Shown here: positions 46,957-56,269 of the stretch, piece after piece
Layout of the letters: every line of letters begins with the position of its first letter
How positions within the stretch are numbered: position 1 is the first letter of the stretch
The notes under the pieces: model-generated
Told to the model about the DNA's origin: nothing
What the model saw: the letters and a program-made list of their open reading frames with translations, nothing else
Database searches by the model: none
Origin: Tepidiformaceae bacterium
GTDB lineage: Bacteria > Chloroflexota > Dehalococcoidia > Tepidiformales > Tepidiformaceae
DNA: 64,000 bases
NCBI GenBank assembly: GCA_041488155.1
Contig: JBGPOS010000007.1
Coordinates: forward strand, 11,107 to 75,106
Direction of reading: 5' to 3'
Program-made: the position numbers and the translations under genes

Positions 46957-49900
46957 ATGCCGACCCCGCGAATCCAGCGCCAGGTTTCGTCGCTCCTCGA
47001 CCGCGCGGACGCTGCCGTCGCGGCAGGCGATTGGGACAGCGTCCGGGAACTTGCGACGACTGTGCTCCGCCTCGACCCTGGCAACGAAGACGCGACCGCT
47101 TACCTCGAAGCGGTGGCGCGCGACGCGGGGGTGGCCGCGGCTCCGGCCGTTGCCACCCGGCAGGCCGGCGACGAGACGGGCGAGCGGCGGCAGCTCACCG
47201 TTATGTTTTGCGACCTCGTGGACTCGACAGCCATCGCCGAACGGCTCGACCCCGAAGACTACAGGGACGTGCTGCGCGCCTACCAGGACGTCTGCGCCGC
47301 AGAGGTGGAAAAGCTCGACGGACATGTCGCGCGCTATATGGGCGACGGGATGCTCGTCTACTTCGGCTACCCGGAGGCTCACGAGGACGACCCGAGGCGC
47401 GCGATCCGCGCCGGACTCGCGATGGTAGAAAGCGTGCGGGCACTCAACTCGCGCGCCGATGCTGGCGCCGCTCACCTGGCCGCCCGCGTGGGTGTCCACA
47501 CCGGCCTCGTAGTGATCGCCGAGATGGGCAGCGGCGAACGACGCGAGACGGGGGACGTGGTTGGAGAGACACCGAACATCGCCGCACGCCTCCAGGGTCT
47601 CGCAAGGCCGGACATGGTGGTGATCAGCGATGACACCTGCCGCCTGGCGCGCGGGTTCTTCGAGTTTGAGTCCCTGGGGGATCAACAGCTCAAGGGCATC
47701 TCGCGCCCTATACCGGCCTGGGCGGTGCTCGCCGATACCGGGGGCCACGATCGTCTCGAGGTCTCTTCGGGCCAAGTACTTACGCCGCTGGTGGGCCGCG
47801 ACGCGGAACTGGCCGCGCTGGCTGCGGCCTGGGAACGCGCGAAGGGTGGCCAGGGGCAGGTCGTCCTCATCGAGGGGGAGGCCGGTATCGGCAAATCGCG
47901 GCTCGTCCGCACCACGGCAGAACGGTTCGGGACGGTGGGCCGCACGCGGTTGGAGATTCGCTGCTCCCCCTACCACCAGATGAGCGCCTTCTACCCCATC
48001 ATCGAGATGCTGCAGCGAGCCCTGGGCAATGCGCCGGGGGACCCACCGGAAACGCGCCTCCAGAGCCTCGAGGTGGCTGGCGCGCAGGCTGGCCTCAGCG
48101 TCGAGGCGACCAGCCTCGTCGCGTCGCTGCTTTCGCTGCCCGTGCCCCCGGGCGCTGCCCTCCCACCCATGACACCGGCGCAACAGAAACAGCGCACCCT
48201 GCACGCGCTGCAGGATTGGCTCAAAGCGATCGCCCGGACGGACCCCGTCCTTGTCATCGTCGAAGACCTGCACTGGGCGGACCCATCGACGCTTGAGTTC
48301 CTTGACCTTGTCATCGCCAACGGCCTCGGCGCCAACATCCTCGCGGTCCTCACGTTCCGTCCCGAGTTCTCGGCGCCGTGGCCGGCCGAAGACTACGTCT
48401 CGACCATCAAGGTCGCCCGCCTTGGGCACCGGGCTACCGCGGAGATGGTCGCTCGCTTTACCGCGGGAAGGTCGATCCCGCAAGAGGTGCTCGATGAGCT
48501 CATCGACCGCACGGACGGCGTCCCCCTTTTCGTCGAGGAGCTGACGGCTGAGGTGCTCCAGTCGGCCGGGGCCGAAGGGAACGGACATCAGCGACCTTCG
48601 GGCGCGCGCGTGCTCGTGCCAGCCACGCTTCACGACTCCCTGATGGCGCGATTGGACCGCCTGTCGGAGTTCAAGGAGGTCTACCAGGTGGGCGCGGTAC
48701 TGGGCCGGGAGTTCGGGCATAGCCTGATACGGCGAGCCACGGGCATCCCGGAGGTAGCGCTCGGGCAGGGGCTCCGCGCGCTCGTCGATGCGGGGCTACT
48801 CTTCCAACGCGGGGCGCCTCCCGACGCTCGTTACTCCTGGAAGCATGCGCTCCTGCAGGATGCCGCCTACCAGTCGCTGCTCAAGACCCGCCGGGTGCGT
48901 ATCCACGGCGACATCGCGAAGACGTTCGAGGAGCACTTCCCGGAGGTACGCGACACGCAGCCCGAAATCGTCGCCCGCCACTACACCGAGGCGGAGATGG
49001 CGGAGAAGGCCCTCGCTTACTGGGAGCAGGCGGCTGCGCTCGCCGTGCGGCGATCGGCGCACGCCGAGGCCATCACCCACCTCCGGGCCGCCCTCAAGCT
49101 CGTCGAAGACCTGCCGGACGATGAGGCGCGGATGGCCCGCGAGCTCCGGCTCAATCTCGGTCTCGCGCGCTCCATCACGCCGGTCCACGGATTCGTCGCG
49201 GCGGGCCCTGCGTTCAACCGTGCCCTCGAACTCTTCCATCGCCTTCCGGCCGACCCGAGCGGCGCTGCCATCCTCACGGGCGTCGCCTCCTACAACATCG
49301 TCCGCGGCCAACTCGATGCAGCCCTTGAAACCGCCATGGAGTTGGCCGACCTCGGCCGCCGCTTCGAGCGTCCCCCTATCGTCCTCCGCGGGTACAGCGA
49401 CGCGGTCCGCGCCTGCTGGATGCGTGGCGAAGTCGCCCGGGGGTACGAGTACGTCGAACGGTGCCGCGCATTGCTCTGGGCGACGCCCACTCCCGAACGG
49501 ATTCCGCTCACCGCCGCCGACAGCTGGGTCTACCTGGCCTACGCGCCGTTCGTGCTCCAGGCGCACGGCCTTCCCGACCAGGCCACGGCCCTCGCCGCGG
49601 ACAACGACGCGATCCTCCGTGAGAGGGAACCAACCGAAATTGCCAGTGCGCTTGTCTTCATCGCCTGGCTCGAACTCTTCCGCAACGACGACGACGCGAT
49701 GCTGAGGTACGCCGATGAAGCGATCGCCGTCACGGCAAACCTGGGATTCCACTTCTGGGAGGCGCCGCCGCACTGCTTCCGGGGGCTGGCGTTGTTGCGC
49801 CGCGGGGAGCTAGAAGAGGGCTTCCGCGAGTTCAGCTTTGGGTTTGACACCTGGCGCAACATGGGCATCGAAGCAGCCCAGCCGAACTTCTGGACCCTCC

Positions 49901-50289
49901 GCGCCGAGTGCCTCCACGCCATGGGCAACCCCACCGGCGCTCTCGCAGCGCTGGAGGCGGCCCAGCAGGTCATCGCCCAGACCCGCGAGCGCTACTACGA
50001 GCCCGAGGTGCACCGTCTGCGCGGTCAGATCTTGCTCGCATCGGGCGACCCCGCCGCCGCGGAACGCTCCTTCGCGTCGGCGATCTCCCTGGCTCGCGGC
50101 CTCGGCATGAAGTCGTGGGAACTGCGGGGTTCGACCGACCTCGCCGAGCTGTTGCATGGGCGCGGCGATGAAAGCCGTGCCCGTGAAACGCTTTCGCCGA
50201 TCCTTCGCGGCTACACCGAAGGCGCGGGAACCCCCGACATTCGCCGAGCCAACAACCTCCTCGACGCCATTGAGCAGGCAGTCCGCTAG
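46957..50289 (+). CDS. Class III adenylate/guanylate cyclase fused to a STAND-type AAA ATPase and TPR array (1110 aa)
   Basis: RQLTVMFCDLVDSTA...YMGDGMLVYFGYP...VGETPNIAARL (cyclase). LVGRDAELAAL...VVLIEGEAGIGKSRLV (P-loop). Long helical repeat C-terminus. Confidence 0.88.
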   Translation: MPTPRIQRQVSSLLDRADAAVAAGDWDSVRELATTVLRLDPGNEDATAYLEAVARDAGVAAAPAVATRQAGDETGERRQLTVMFCDLVDSTAIAERLDPEDYRDVLRAYQDVCAAEVEKLDGHVARYMGDGMLVYFGYPEAHEDDPRRAIRAGLAMVESVRALNSRADAGAAHLAARVGVHTGLVVIAEMGSGERRETGDVVGETPNIAARLQGLARPDMVVISDDTCRLARGFFEFESLGDQQLKGISRPIPAWAVLADTGGHDRLEVSSGQVLTPLVGRDAELAALAAAWERAKGGQGQVVLIEGEAGIGKSRLVRTTAERFGTVGRTRLEIRCSPYHQMSAFYPIIEMLQRALGNAPGDPPETRLQSLEVAGAQAGLSVEATSLVASLLSLPVPPGAALPPMTPAQQKQRTLHALQDWLKAIARTDPVLVIVEDLHWADPSTLEFLDLVIANGLGANILAVLTFRPEFSAPWPAEDYVSTIKVARLGHRATAEMVARFTAGRSIPQEVLDELIDRTDGVPLFVEELTAEVLQSAGAEGNGHQRPSGARVLVPATLHDSLMARLDRLSEFKEVYQVGAVLGREFGHSLIRRATGIPEVALGQGLRALVDAGLLFQRGAPPDARYSWKHALLQDAAYQSLLKTRRVRIHGDIAKTFEEHFPEVRDTQPEIVARHYTEAEMAEKALAYWEQAAALAVRRSAHAEAITHLRAALKLVEDLPDDEARMARELRLNLGLARSITPVHGFVAAGPAFNRALELFHRLPADPSGAAILTGVASYNIVRGQLDAALETAMELADLGRRFERPPIVLRGYSDAVRACWMRGEVARGYEYVERCRALLWATPTPERIPLTAADSWVYLAYAPFVLQAHGLPDQATALAADNDAILREREPTEIASALVFIAWLELFRNDDDAMLRYADEAIAVTANLGFHFWEAPPHCFRGLALLRRGELEEGFREFSFGFDTWRNMGIEAAQPNFWTLRAECLHAMGNPTGALAALEAAQQVIAQTRERYYEPEVHRLRGQILLASGDPAAAERSFASAISLARGLGMKSWELRGSTDLAELLHGRGDESRARETLSPILRGYTEGAGTPDIRRANNLLDAIEQAVR

Positions 50290-50312
50290 CGGGTGGCCCA
50301 CCCACTACTGCC

Positions 50313-51551
50313 TCAGATCAACGTCCTCTCATCGGGGCGCCCGAAGGTCGCCTGGACGTCCGACATGTAGCCCGTAGCAAAGCCGGCAGACGAGAACGAC
50401 AGGTAGTAGTCCCAGGTGCGTATGAACCTTTCGTCATAGCCCAGTGCGCGGACGGCGGGGAGATTCGCCAGGAAGCGGCTCCGCCAGTGCTGGAGGGTCC
50501 GCACGTAATGCGGACTGATATCGTCCACGTCCCAGAGGGCCAGCCGCGTGGGCGTCAGCGCCCGTTCCAACGCGGCGACTGACGGCAGGGCCCCACCGGG
50601 AAAGATGTGCTTCTGTAGCCAGGCAACCCCCTTGAGGTGCTCTTCCAGGCCGCGCTCCGGGACGCTTATCGTCTGGAGGACAAGCCTGCCACCAAGCCCG
50701 AGGAGCCGGTCGCACGCTTCGAAGAACTGTGACCAGTAGGCCGCGCCAACGTGTTCGAACATGCCGATGCTCACGACTTTGTCGAACTTGCCCCGCACCT
50801 CCCGGTAGTCGCAGAGCTGCAGGCTGACTCTGTCGTCGAGCCCCGCCTCGCTCACCCGCTCCCTGGCAAGGGCGAGTTGCTCCGACGAGAGGGTGACCCC
50901 GGTCACGCGGCATCCGAACGTACTCGCCGCGTAGATGGCGAAGGCCCCCCATCCGCAACCGATGTCGAGGGCGTGGTCCGCGGCGGTGAGCCGCGCCTTC
51001 CTGGCAATGCGCTCGTGCTTGTGCCGCTGCGCTTGCTCGAGCGGCTGGTCTTCCGTCTCGAACACGGCACACGAATAAGTCATCGAGGGGTCGAGGAAGA
51101 GGCGGTACAGGTCGTTGCCCAGGTCGTAGTGCGCCTCGGCGTTCGATTTGCTTACGCCCAGGGCGGGCCGGCGATGCCTGTGGCGGCGTTGGTCGAGAAG
51201 GCGCGCGATCACGCCGGTACCCAGCGCGTTGATGCCGAGGTTGGGGCGCTCGTGCGCTCCGAGCGTCAACAACGCGACGAGGTCGTCCGTCTCCCACAAG
51301 CCGTCGACGTAGGCCTCCCCGAAGCCGGTTTCGCCCTGCAGCAGCAGCCGCGTAAAGAACGACTCGTCGTGGACGCTGAGCGACGCGCTGTGCGCGGCTC
51401 CCGGCGGGCCGAACGTCCTGCTTGAGCCGTCCGGCAGCCGGACTTCGAGCCGATGGTCGCGCAGCCGTTCGGCGCGGCGCAGCACCAGGTTTCGCGCGGC
51501 GAGCGCGGCGCGATGGGCGATTCGGCTGCTGACGGTCGTCGAAAGCGCCAC
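50313..51551 (-). CDS. cfa: Cyclopropane-fatty-acyl-phospholipid synthase family SAM methyltransferase
   Basis: AHYDLGNDLYRLFLDPSMTYSCAVF, ALDIGCGWG and SIGMFEHVG motifs. Confidence 0.9.
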   Translation of the reverse strand: MALSTTVSSRIAHRAALAARNLVLRRAERLRDHRLEVRLPDGSSRTFGPPGAAHSASLSVHDESFFTRLLLQGETGFGEAYVDGLWETDDLVALLTLGAHERPNLGINALGTGVIARLLDQRRHRHRRPALGVSKSNAEAHYDLGNDLYRLFLDPSMTYSCAVFETEDQPLEQAQRHKHERIARKARLTAADHALDIGCGWGAFAIYAASTFGCRVTGVTLSSEQLALARERVSEAGLDDRVSLQLCDYREVRGKFDKVVSIGMFEHVGAAYWSQFFEACDRLLGLGGRLVLQTISVPERGLEEHLKGVAWLQKHIFPGGALPSVAALERALTPTRLALWDVDDISPHYVRTLQHWRSRFLANLPAVRALGYDERFIRTWDYYLSFSSAGFATGYMSDVQATFGRPDERTLI

Positions 51552-51588
51552 GGACCTCGCTTCCCAGGAGAATGAGCCGCCTGTCCCC

Positions 51589-52782
51589 TTAGAGCGGGGC
51601 TCGCTGCACGAGCGTCCTCGCGCCGACGTCGACGTAGATTTTACTCGCCAGCCATGACCGGAACAGCTGCCGGAGGCGGCGCGCGCGTTGCCTATCCTTG
51701 CCTCCAGCTGTGGGGATCTCGACGAGGTAGTCTAGGCCCACGCTTTCGAGCAGCGCTTCGCCCACCAGCCCGTACCCTCTGCCCCCAACCCGGTCGAATG
51801 CCATGCGGATGTGCTTCGCGGACACTGGTCCAAGGGCTTCGCCGCGCTCCGCCGCGATGTGGACCAGCAGCCGCCCCAGCTGACCCACGTCGGCCAGGCA
51901 GCTCTCCACAATCCGCACCAACTCCTTCGTGCTGGCCCTGAAGTCATAGCCCAGCACGGTCATCCAGTGCCCCGCCTGCCCCTGGAGTTCGGGGACCAGC
52001 GACGCGCCGGGCATGCGGAACGTCAGAATGACTTCCGCCAGGTGCGACGCTAGCGCCGGATCCCCCTCGACCTGCAGCGCGGTCATGTCGCGGTACCACA
52101 CGCGGTGGAACGTCTCGCGGCGTTTGATCCGGTTCGCCATGTAGGCCGCGACTGGCGATGTCGCCCTGAGCATCCTTGCGATGGCCCCGTGCCAGTTATC
52201 CGTCGCGAACTCCGAGAGCATCCCGTAGGAGGTGAGATGCATCGGGGTGTCGCCGCTCTTGTGCTCGAGGCATTGATCGCGCGTTGCCCGAATGTCTCTG
52301 TCGAGTTGGGCCTCTGAGAACCCCAAGTCCCGCAGTATGAGCTTGTAAGGCGCAGCGTGCGTCCGTTCGTCTGGCGCCCACACATCCCGCGTGAAGCAGG
52401 CCAGCCATCCGGCGCCGTAGCGAATCGCTCGCTCCTCGATCGCGGCAGCAAACGTGTCTGTGGCGCACTCGGTCAGCAGCGCAAGACGCAGGATCCCGAC
52501 AACGTCGTCTTCCGAGACGCCCGCCGGCCTAGCTGAGAGGATGGAGCGGACATGGAGTTGCGGCCGAAGCGACTCGAACTCGCCCACTTCGATCATGCGC
52601 CCGGGGTTGCGCCGGATGGCCTGCACCAGCGACTCAAGCCGCCCCGCCGTCTCAGGGGGGATCGCGTACTCGGTCGATAGCTGCACTTTGGGAGTTTGAG
52701 GCACTCCGGAAGTTTGGGGGGACAACCCGGCAACCGGCAAGTTCACCTGTGCACCGAGCAGTGGGCCGGCGGTTTGGTACAA
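51589..52782 (-). CDS. Ferritin-like diiron protein related to acyl-ACP desaturases, with C-terminal extension
   Basis: Putative diiron ligand pattern: LLTECATDTF, DERTH (ExxH), SEFATDNWH and RRETFH (ExxH). The start is uncertain (TTG 52782 or ATG 52596). 37 nt upstream of cfa on the same strand. Confidence 0.6.
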   Translation of the reverse strand: MYQTAGPLLGAQVNLPVAGLSPQTSGVPQTPKVQLSTEYAIPPETAGRLESLVQAIRRNPGRMIEVGEFESLRPQLHVRSILSARPAGVSEDDVVGILRLALLTECATDTFAAAIEERAIRYGAGWLACFTRDVWAPDERTHAAPYKLILRDLGFSEAQLDRDIRATRDQCLEHKSGDTPMHLTSYGMLSEFATDNWHGAIARMLRATSPVAAYMANRIKRRETFHRVWYRDMTALQVEGDPALASHLAEVILTFRMPGASLVPELQGQAGHWMTVLGYDFRASTKELVRIVESCLADVGQLGRLLVHIAAERGEALGPVSAKHIRMAFDRVGGRGYGLVGEALLESVGLDYLVEIPTAGGKDRQRARRLRQLFRSWLASKIYVDVGARTLVQRAPL

Positions 52783-52801
52783 TCCTCAGTCAGACCCGCG
52801 A

Positions 52802-52876
52802 GCGGGAGTAGCTCAGCGGTAGAGCGCCTGCCTTCCAAGCAGGATGTCGCGAGTTCGAACCTCGTCTCCCGCTCCA
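52802..52876 (+). tRNA. tRNA-Gly (anticodon UCC), CCA encoded
   Basis: Acceptor GCGGGAG/CTCCCGC, D arm GCTC-AGCGGTA-GAGC, anticodon arm CCTGC-CTTCCAA-GCAGG, T arm GCGAG-TTCGAAC-CTCGT. Confidence 0.95.
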
Positions 52877-52958
52877 TTTCCACCCGCGGCGCCGAGGCTG
52901 GTTGGTGGGCCTGACGCATGCGGGACGGCGCTCTCGTCAGTGTTCGGCTTCTAAGTCA

Positions 52959-53273
52959 TCACGGCTCCGCCGGTGCGTCACCGCCCGCGTGCCCCAGCGT
53001 TTCAATTTCAGCCTTCCGTTGACCGACTTCGCCGAGGAGTTCGCCGATAGTCTTCATGCGGTCGTGAACCTCCGGCAGGTCAACCTGCAGCGTCCCGGCT
53101 TCAAGCAAGGGAAACAAGGCTTGCCCGATCGCGTCCTTCTCGGAGTTGACCTTCGACTCCAGCCGGCGTACCTCGAGTTCGAGTTTGCCGCGCTGTGCCT
53201 GGCGCTTACTGGCCGCTGCGACGTCCCCAGTTACTTCCCTCGCCTTTCTGAAGAATGACATCCCGATCACCAT
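52959..53273 (-). CDS. Small coiled-coil protein of unknown function (104 aa, or 100 aa from the internal ATG)
   Basis: (MVIG)MSFFRKAREVTGDV...KLELEVRRLESKVNSEKDAIG...KAEIETLG has a clean heptad character and a Shine-Dalgarno-like (SD-like) AAGGA upstream. It is the only convincing ORF inside the tRNA-Gly islet. Confidence 0.5.
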   Translation of the reverse strand: MVIGMSFFRKAREVTGDVAAASKRQAQRGKLELEVRRLESKVNSEKDAIGQALFPLLEAGTLQVDLPEVHDRMKTIGELLGEVGQRKAEIETLGHAGGDAPAEP

Positions 53274-53616
53274 CCTTACTCGCCTCGGAAGACGCTCTCG
53301 TCGCGACTTCCTGGAATGATATCGGGTTTAGATGGCCCTTGGGAGAGCCGTGGATGCGACTCCCCTCCTGCATGATGCCGGTGAAGATGCCGCCAGTCTT
53401 CAGGCCACAGGCCCGAGTGCTCCAGGAACCAGGCCGACGCCGAGCTTCGCCCAACGGTCGACCGGGTCGAGTGTTTCGTTGCTGGATGCTGCGACCCCAT
53501 TCCCTTCTCCCCTCTGGAGAAGGCATCCGAGCTACGCGGTCAGTGGTTCGACGAAATTGCCGGATGCCGCGAAGCTCGACCCGGTCAGGAGTGCAGAGGG
53601 GTGATATTGCGTGGGA

Positions 53617-53636
53617 GAACCTCGTCTCCCGCTCCA
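53617..53636 (+). repeat. Direct repeat of the last 20 nt of tRNA-Gly (att-like site)
   Basis: GAACCTCGTCTCCCGCTCCA at 53617-53636 is identical to 52857-52876 (the tRNA-Gly 3' end including CCA). Confidence 0.7.
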
Positions 53637-53668
53637 ATCCACGCCTCCGATTCGGCCGAGCTGGCCCG

Positions 53669-53953
53669 TCAGCAGGCGCCGCGTTCGACCACCGTTTCGC
53701 AAAGCGAGGCGGGGCGCACGGAGACGCTCCCCATCTGGGCGAACGGGCCCATGAAGCGCTCGACCGCGGCCGCCTCGGGGGCATTGACGATGAGGTCGAG
53801 TTCGTGTGCGCCGTCGACGACGGCTTCAGCGAGGATCGTGATGCCGGCCTGGGGTGCACTCGCCAGTAGCTTCAGGAGTTGCGGCGCCACCTCGGCGTTG
53901 CCCGCCGGGCAGACGGCAGCTTCGTGCCTGTGCTGGACTACGAACAACGCCAT
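53669..53953 (-). CDS. Small hypothetical protein (94 aa)
   Basis: MALFVVQHRHEAAVCPAGN...LIVNAPEAAAVERFMGPFAQMGSVSVRP has good coding character. I remember similar small proteins but cannot name the family with confidence. Confidence 0.5.
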   Translation of the reverse strand: MALFVVQHRHEAAVCPAGNAEVAPQLLKLLASAPQAGITILAEAVVDGAHELDLIVNAPEAAAVERFMGPFAQMGSVSVRPASLCETVVERGAC

Positions 53954-54019
53954 GGCGCACCTCGAGAGGATGGTTCAGCAATTATAGGGCTCCGTTCCCT
54001 AGGGCTCCGTCCGCAGCGG

Positions 54020-54586
54020 CTATGGGTCGCGTTTGAATGGAGCCGCGATGCCAGGGGCGACCGCGACTTCGAAGGCATTGAGGGTCATCGAAACCAGCGT
54101 GTAGTAGCCGATGATAGCCATGATCTCGACGAGGCCACGCTCGCCGAAGGCGTCGACCGCCCGGCGGTACAGTGGGAGGGCGAGCTTGCGGTCGTTGTGC
54201 ATCGCTATGCAGACGTCGTAGAGCAGCTCCTGGTGCGGAGTACCCTGCGGCCGCCGGCCGGCCAGGACGTCGTCCAGCACGGACTGCGGGATACCGTATT
54301 CGACGGCGCGGGGCGCGTGAGCAGTCCATTCGACGTTCGCCTCCCAAACGCGCCCGGTGATCGAGATGGCCAGTTCGACCATCCCCCGGTCGAGGGAGGT
54401 GCGCTCCCAGAGGAAGCCGCCCAGCCCTCGCAGCCTGTGCGACAGCTCTGCGTTGAGCAGCCAGGGGTCGAAAGGCCCGCCGAGGGAGCCGTCGGGCCGG
54501 GGCTTGCGGGTGCGAGTGAAGCTTTCGTACTCCTCTCGTTGCTCGGGGTTGAACGTGTTCGGGTCAACCAGCGTTTGCCGGGTCAT
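54020..54586 (-). CDS. Carboxymuconolactone decarboxylase (AhpD-like) family protein
   Basis: ...VELAISITGRVWEANVEWTAHAP...LVEIMAIIGYYTLVSMTLNAFEV is typical of CMD-family paralogs. Confidence 0.82.
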   Translation of the reverse strand: MTRQTLVDPNTFNPEQREEYESFTRTRKPRPDGSLGGPFDPWLLNAELSHRLRGLGGFLWERTSLDRGMVELAISITGRVWEANVEWTAHAPRAVEYGIPQSVLDDVLAGRRPQGTPHQELLYDVCIAMHNDRKLALPLYRRAVDAFGERGLVEIMAIIGYYTLVSMTLNAFEVAVAPGIAAPFKRDP

Positions 54587-54717
54587 CAGTCCTCCATCTC
54601 GGGCGACGGCCGCTGTCCAGCGGGACGGCGGAGCCGGCTGATTCTAGCGCACCTCTCGGCTGCGCTCGCGCGCTGACCGGCGGGACCGAAGGAGGAAGTG
54701 CTATCCTTCCCCGGCTC

Positions 54718-55686
54718 ATGCACATCCTGATCATGCCGGGGCTGACGATGCCGGCGGTCGATGCGGCGCTTGTCGAACGCGTCCGATCCGCAGCCGGGCC
54801 GGGCACGGAAGTCACGGTCGCGGACTCGCCCGGCGAGGCCCTCGAAGCGGTCTCGGACGTTGACGTGATCCTCGGTGTGATAACACCGGCGCTCTTCGAG
54901 CGAGCGCGCCGGCTGCGGTGGGTGCACGCAACCTCCGCAGGCGCGGACCACTATCTCTTCGACGCGATGCGCCAGAGTGACGTGGCCCTTTCGGGCGACA
55001 AGGGGCTGGTTGGGAGCCACCTGGCCGAGACCGCCTTCGCGCTGCTCCTCGCCATCACCCGCAGGCTTGCGCTCGCCGTCAGGGACGGCCCGCGTTCGTG
55101 GGAGCGTCGGGTCGAGTACCGGCGGGAGGAGTTCGAGCTCGAAGGCCTGACGATGGGGATCCTCGGGTTCGGAGGCACCGGGAAGGCGATCGCCCGCCGC
55201 GCCACGGCGTTTGGCATGCGCTGCATCGCCGTGGACAGCGAACCGGTCCAGCCCACTGCCGAAGTGGCCGAGGTTTGGGGGCTTGACGGATGGGACGAAC
55301 TGCTGCGCACCTCCGACGTGGTGGCGTCGGGCCTGCCGCTGACGCGCGACACGCGGGCCATCTTCGGGGACCGCGCATTCGACCTGATGAAGCCGACCGC
55401 GATCCTGATCAACGTCACCAGGGGCGAGTTGGTGGACGGCGACGCCCTGGTTCGGGCGATGCGTTCGGGTGCGATCGCGGGGGCCGGGCTCGACGTGGCG
55501 CCGCAGGAGCCGTTGCCGCCGGATCATCCGCTGTGGACGATCCCTAATGTCGTGATGACGCCGCACACGGCGGGCGCCAGCCAGCTTCGCGTGGGCCGGA
55601 ACGTGGATCGTTTCTGCCGGAACCTCGGCCACTACCGCGCCGGCGAACCGCTGGAAGGCGCCATCGACAAGCAGAAGGGCTACTAG
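54718..55686 (+). CDS. D-isomer-specific 2-hydroxyacid dehydrogenase family protein
   Basis: GILGFGGTGKAIARRA (NAD fold), LINVTRGELVD and MTPHTAG motifs. Confidence 0.9.
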   Translation: MHILIMPGLTMPAVDAALVERVRSAAGPGTEVTVADSPGEALEAVSDVDVILGVITPALFERARRLRWVHATSAGADHYLFDAMRQSDVALSGDKGLVGSHLAETAFALLLAITRRLALAVRDGPRSWERRVEYRREEFELEGLTMGILGFGGTGKAIARRATAFGMRCIAVDSEPVQPTAEVAEVWGLDGWDELLRTSDVVASGLPLTRDTRAIFGDRAFDLMKPTAILINVTRGELVDGDALVRAMRSGAIAGAGLDVAPQEPLPPDHPLWTIPNVVMTPHTAGASQLRVGRNVDRFCRNLGHYRAGEPLEGAIDKQKGY

Positions 55687-55711
55687 CCCGGAAGGAGCAA
55701 GGCACCAGCGC

Positions 55712-56269
55712 ATGGCGAGACTACCGAACATCACCGACCGCACGCAGCTTCCGGAGCCGTTGCGCGCCGCCTACGACCAGGTAGCGGAACAGCGGCAGGG
55801 GACAGTGTCTGGGCCCTACGGGGTGCTCCTTCATAGCCCCGAACTTGCGATCCGCGGCGCCGCGCTGAGTAACTACTTGCGCTGGAATTCGGACCTGACA
55901 CCGGCGCAGCGCGAGATCGCGATCCTGGCGGTCGCGCGCCACTTTGACGCGGCGGTCATGTGGGCCGGGCACGTACGACTCGGACGCGACGCCGGAGTGC
56001 GCGATGAGGTGGTCGACGTGGTCGCGCACCGGCGAGACGCGGGTGCACTCACGGACGAAGAGGCGGACATCGTCCGCTACGTGCGGGAGCTCCTCGGCGC
56101 GAACCGGGTGAGCACGGGCACGTTCGCCGCGCTCCATCGCCGGCTGGGCGACCGGGGGATCGTCGACCTCACCGGTCTCGTTGGGTACTACGCATTCGTG
56201 GGGGTCACCCTGAACGCCTTCGAGATCGAGCCGCCGGAGGGGGCCGCGCGCCTGCCGGGGGCTACATGA
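55712..56269 (+). CDS. Carboxymuconolactone decarboxylase (AhpD-like) family protein
   Basis: REIAILAVARHFDAAVMWAGH...IVDLTGLVGYYAFVGVTLNAFEI. Paralogous to 54020..54586. Confidence 0.82.
   Translation: MARLPNITDRTQLPEPLRAAYDQVAEQRQGTVSGPYGVLLHSPELAIRGAALSNYLRWNSDLTPAQREIAILAVARHFDAAVMWAGHVRLGRDAGVRDEVVDVVAHRRDAGALTDEEADIVRYVRELLGANRVSTGTFAALHRRLGDRGIVDLTGLVGYYAFVGVTLNAFEIEPPEGAARLPGAT

Noticed and set aside
53206-53869. The overlapping ORFs inside the tRNA-Gly islet (217 aa minus strand, 204 aa plus strand) as an integrase remnant.
   Set aside because: I translated all frames and found no tyrosine- or serine-recombinase motifs (no R..HxxR..Y pattern). The compositions look like non-coding GC-rich sequence, and part of one ORF is simply the reverse complement of the tRNA-derived repeat.
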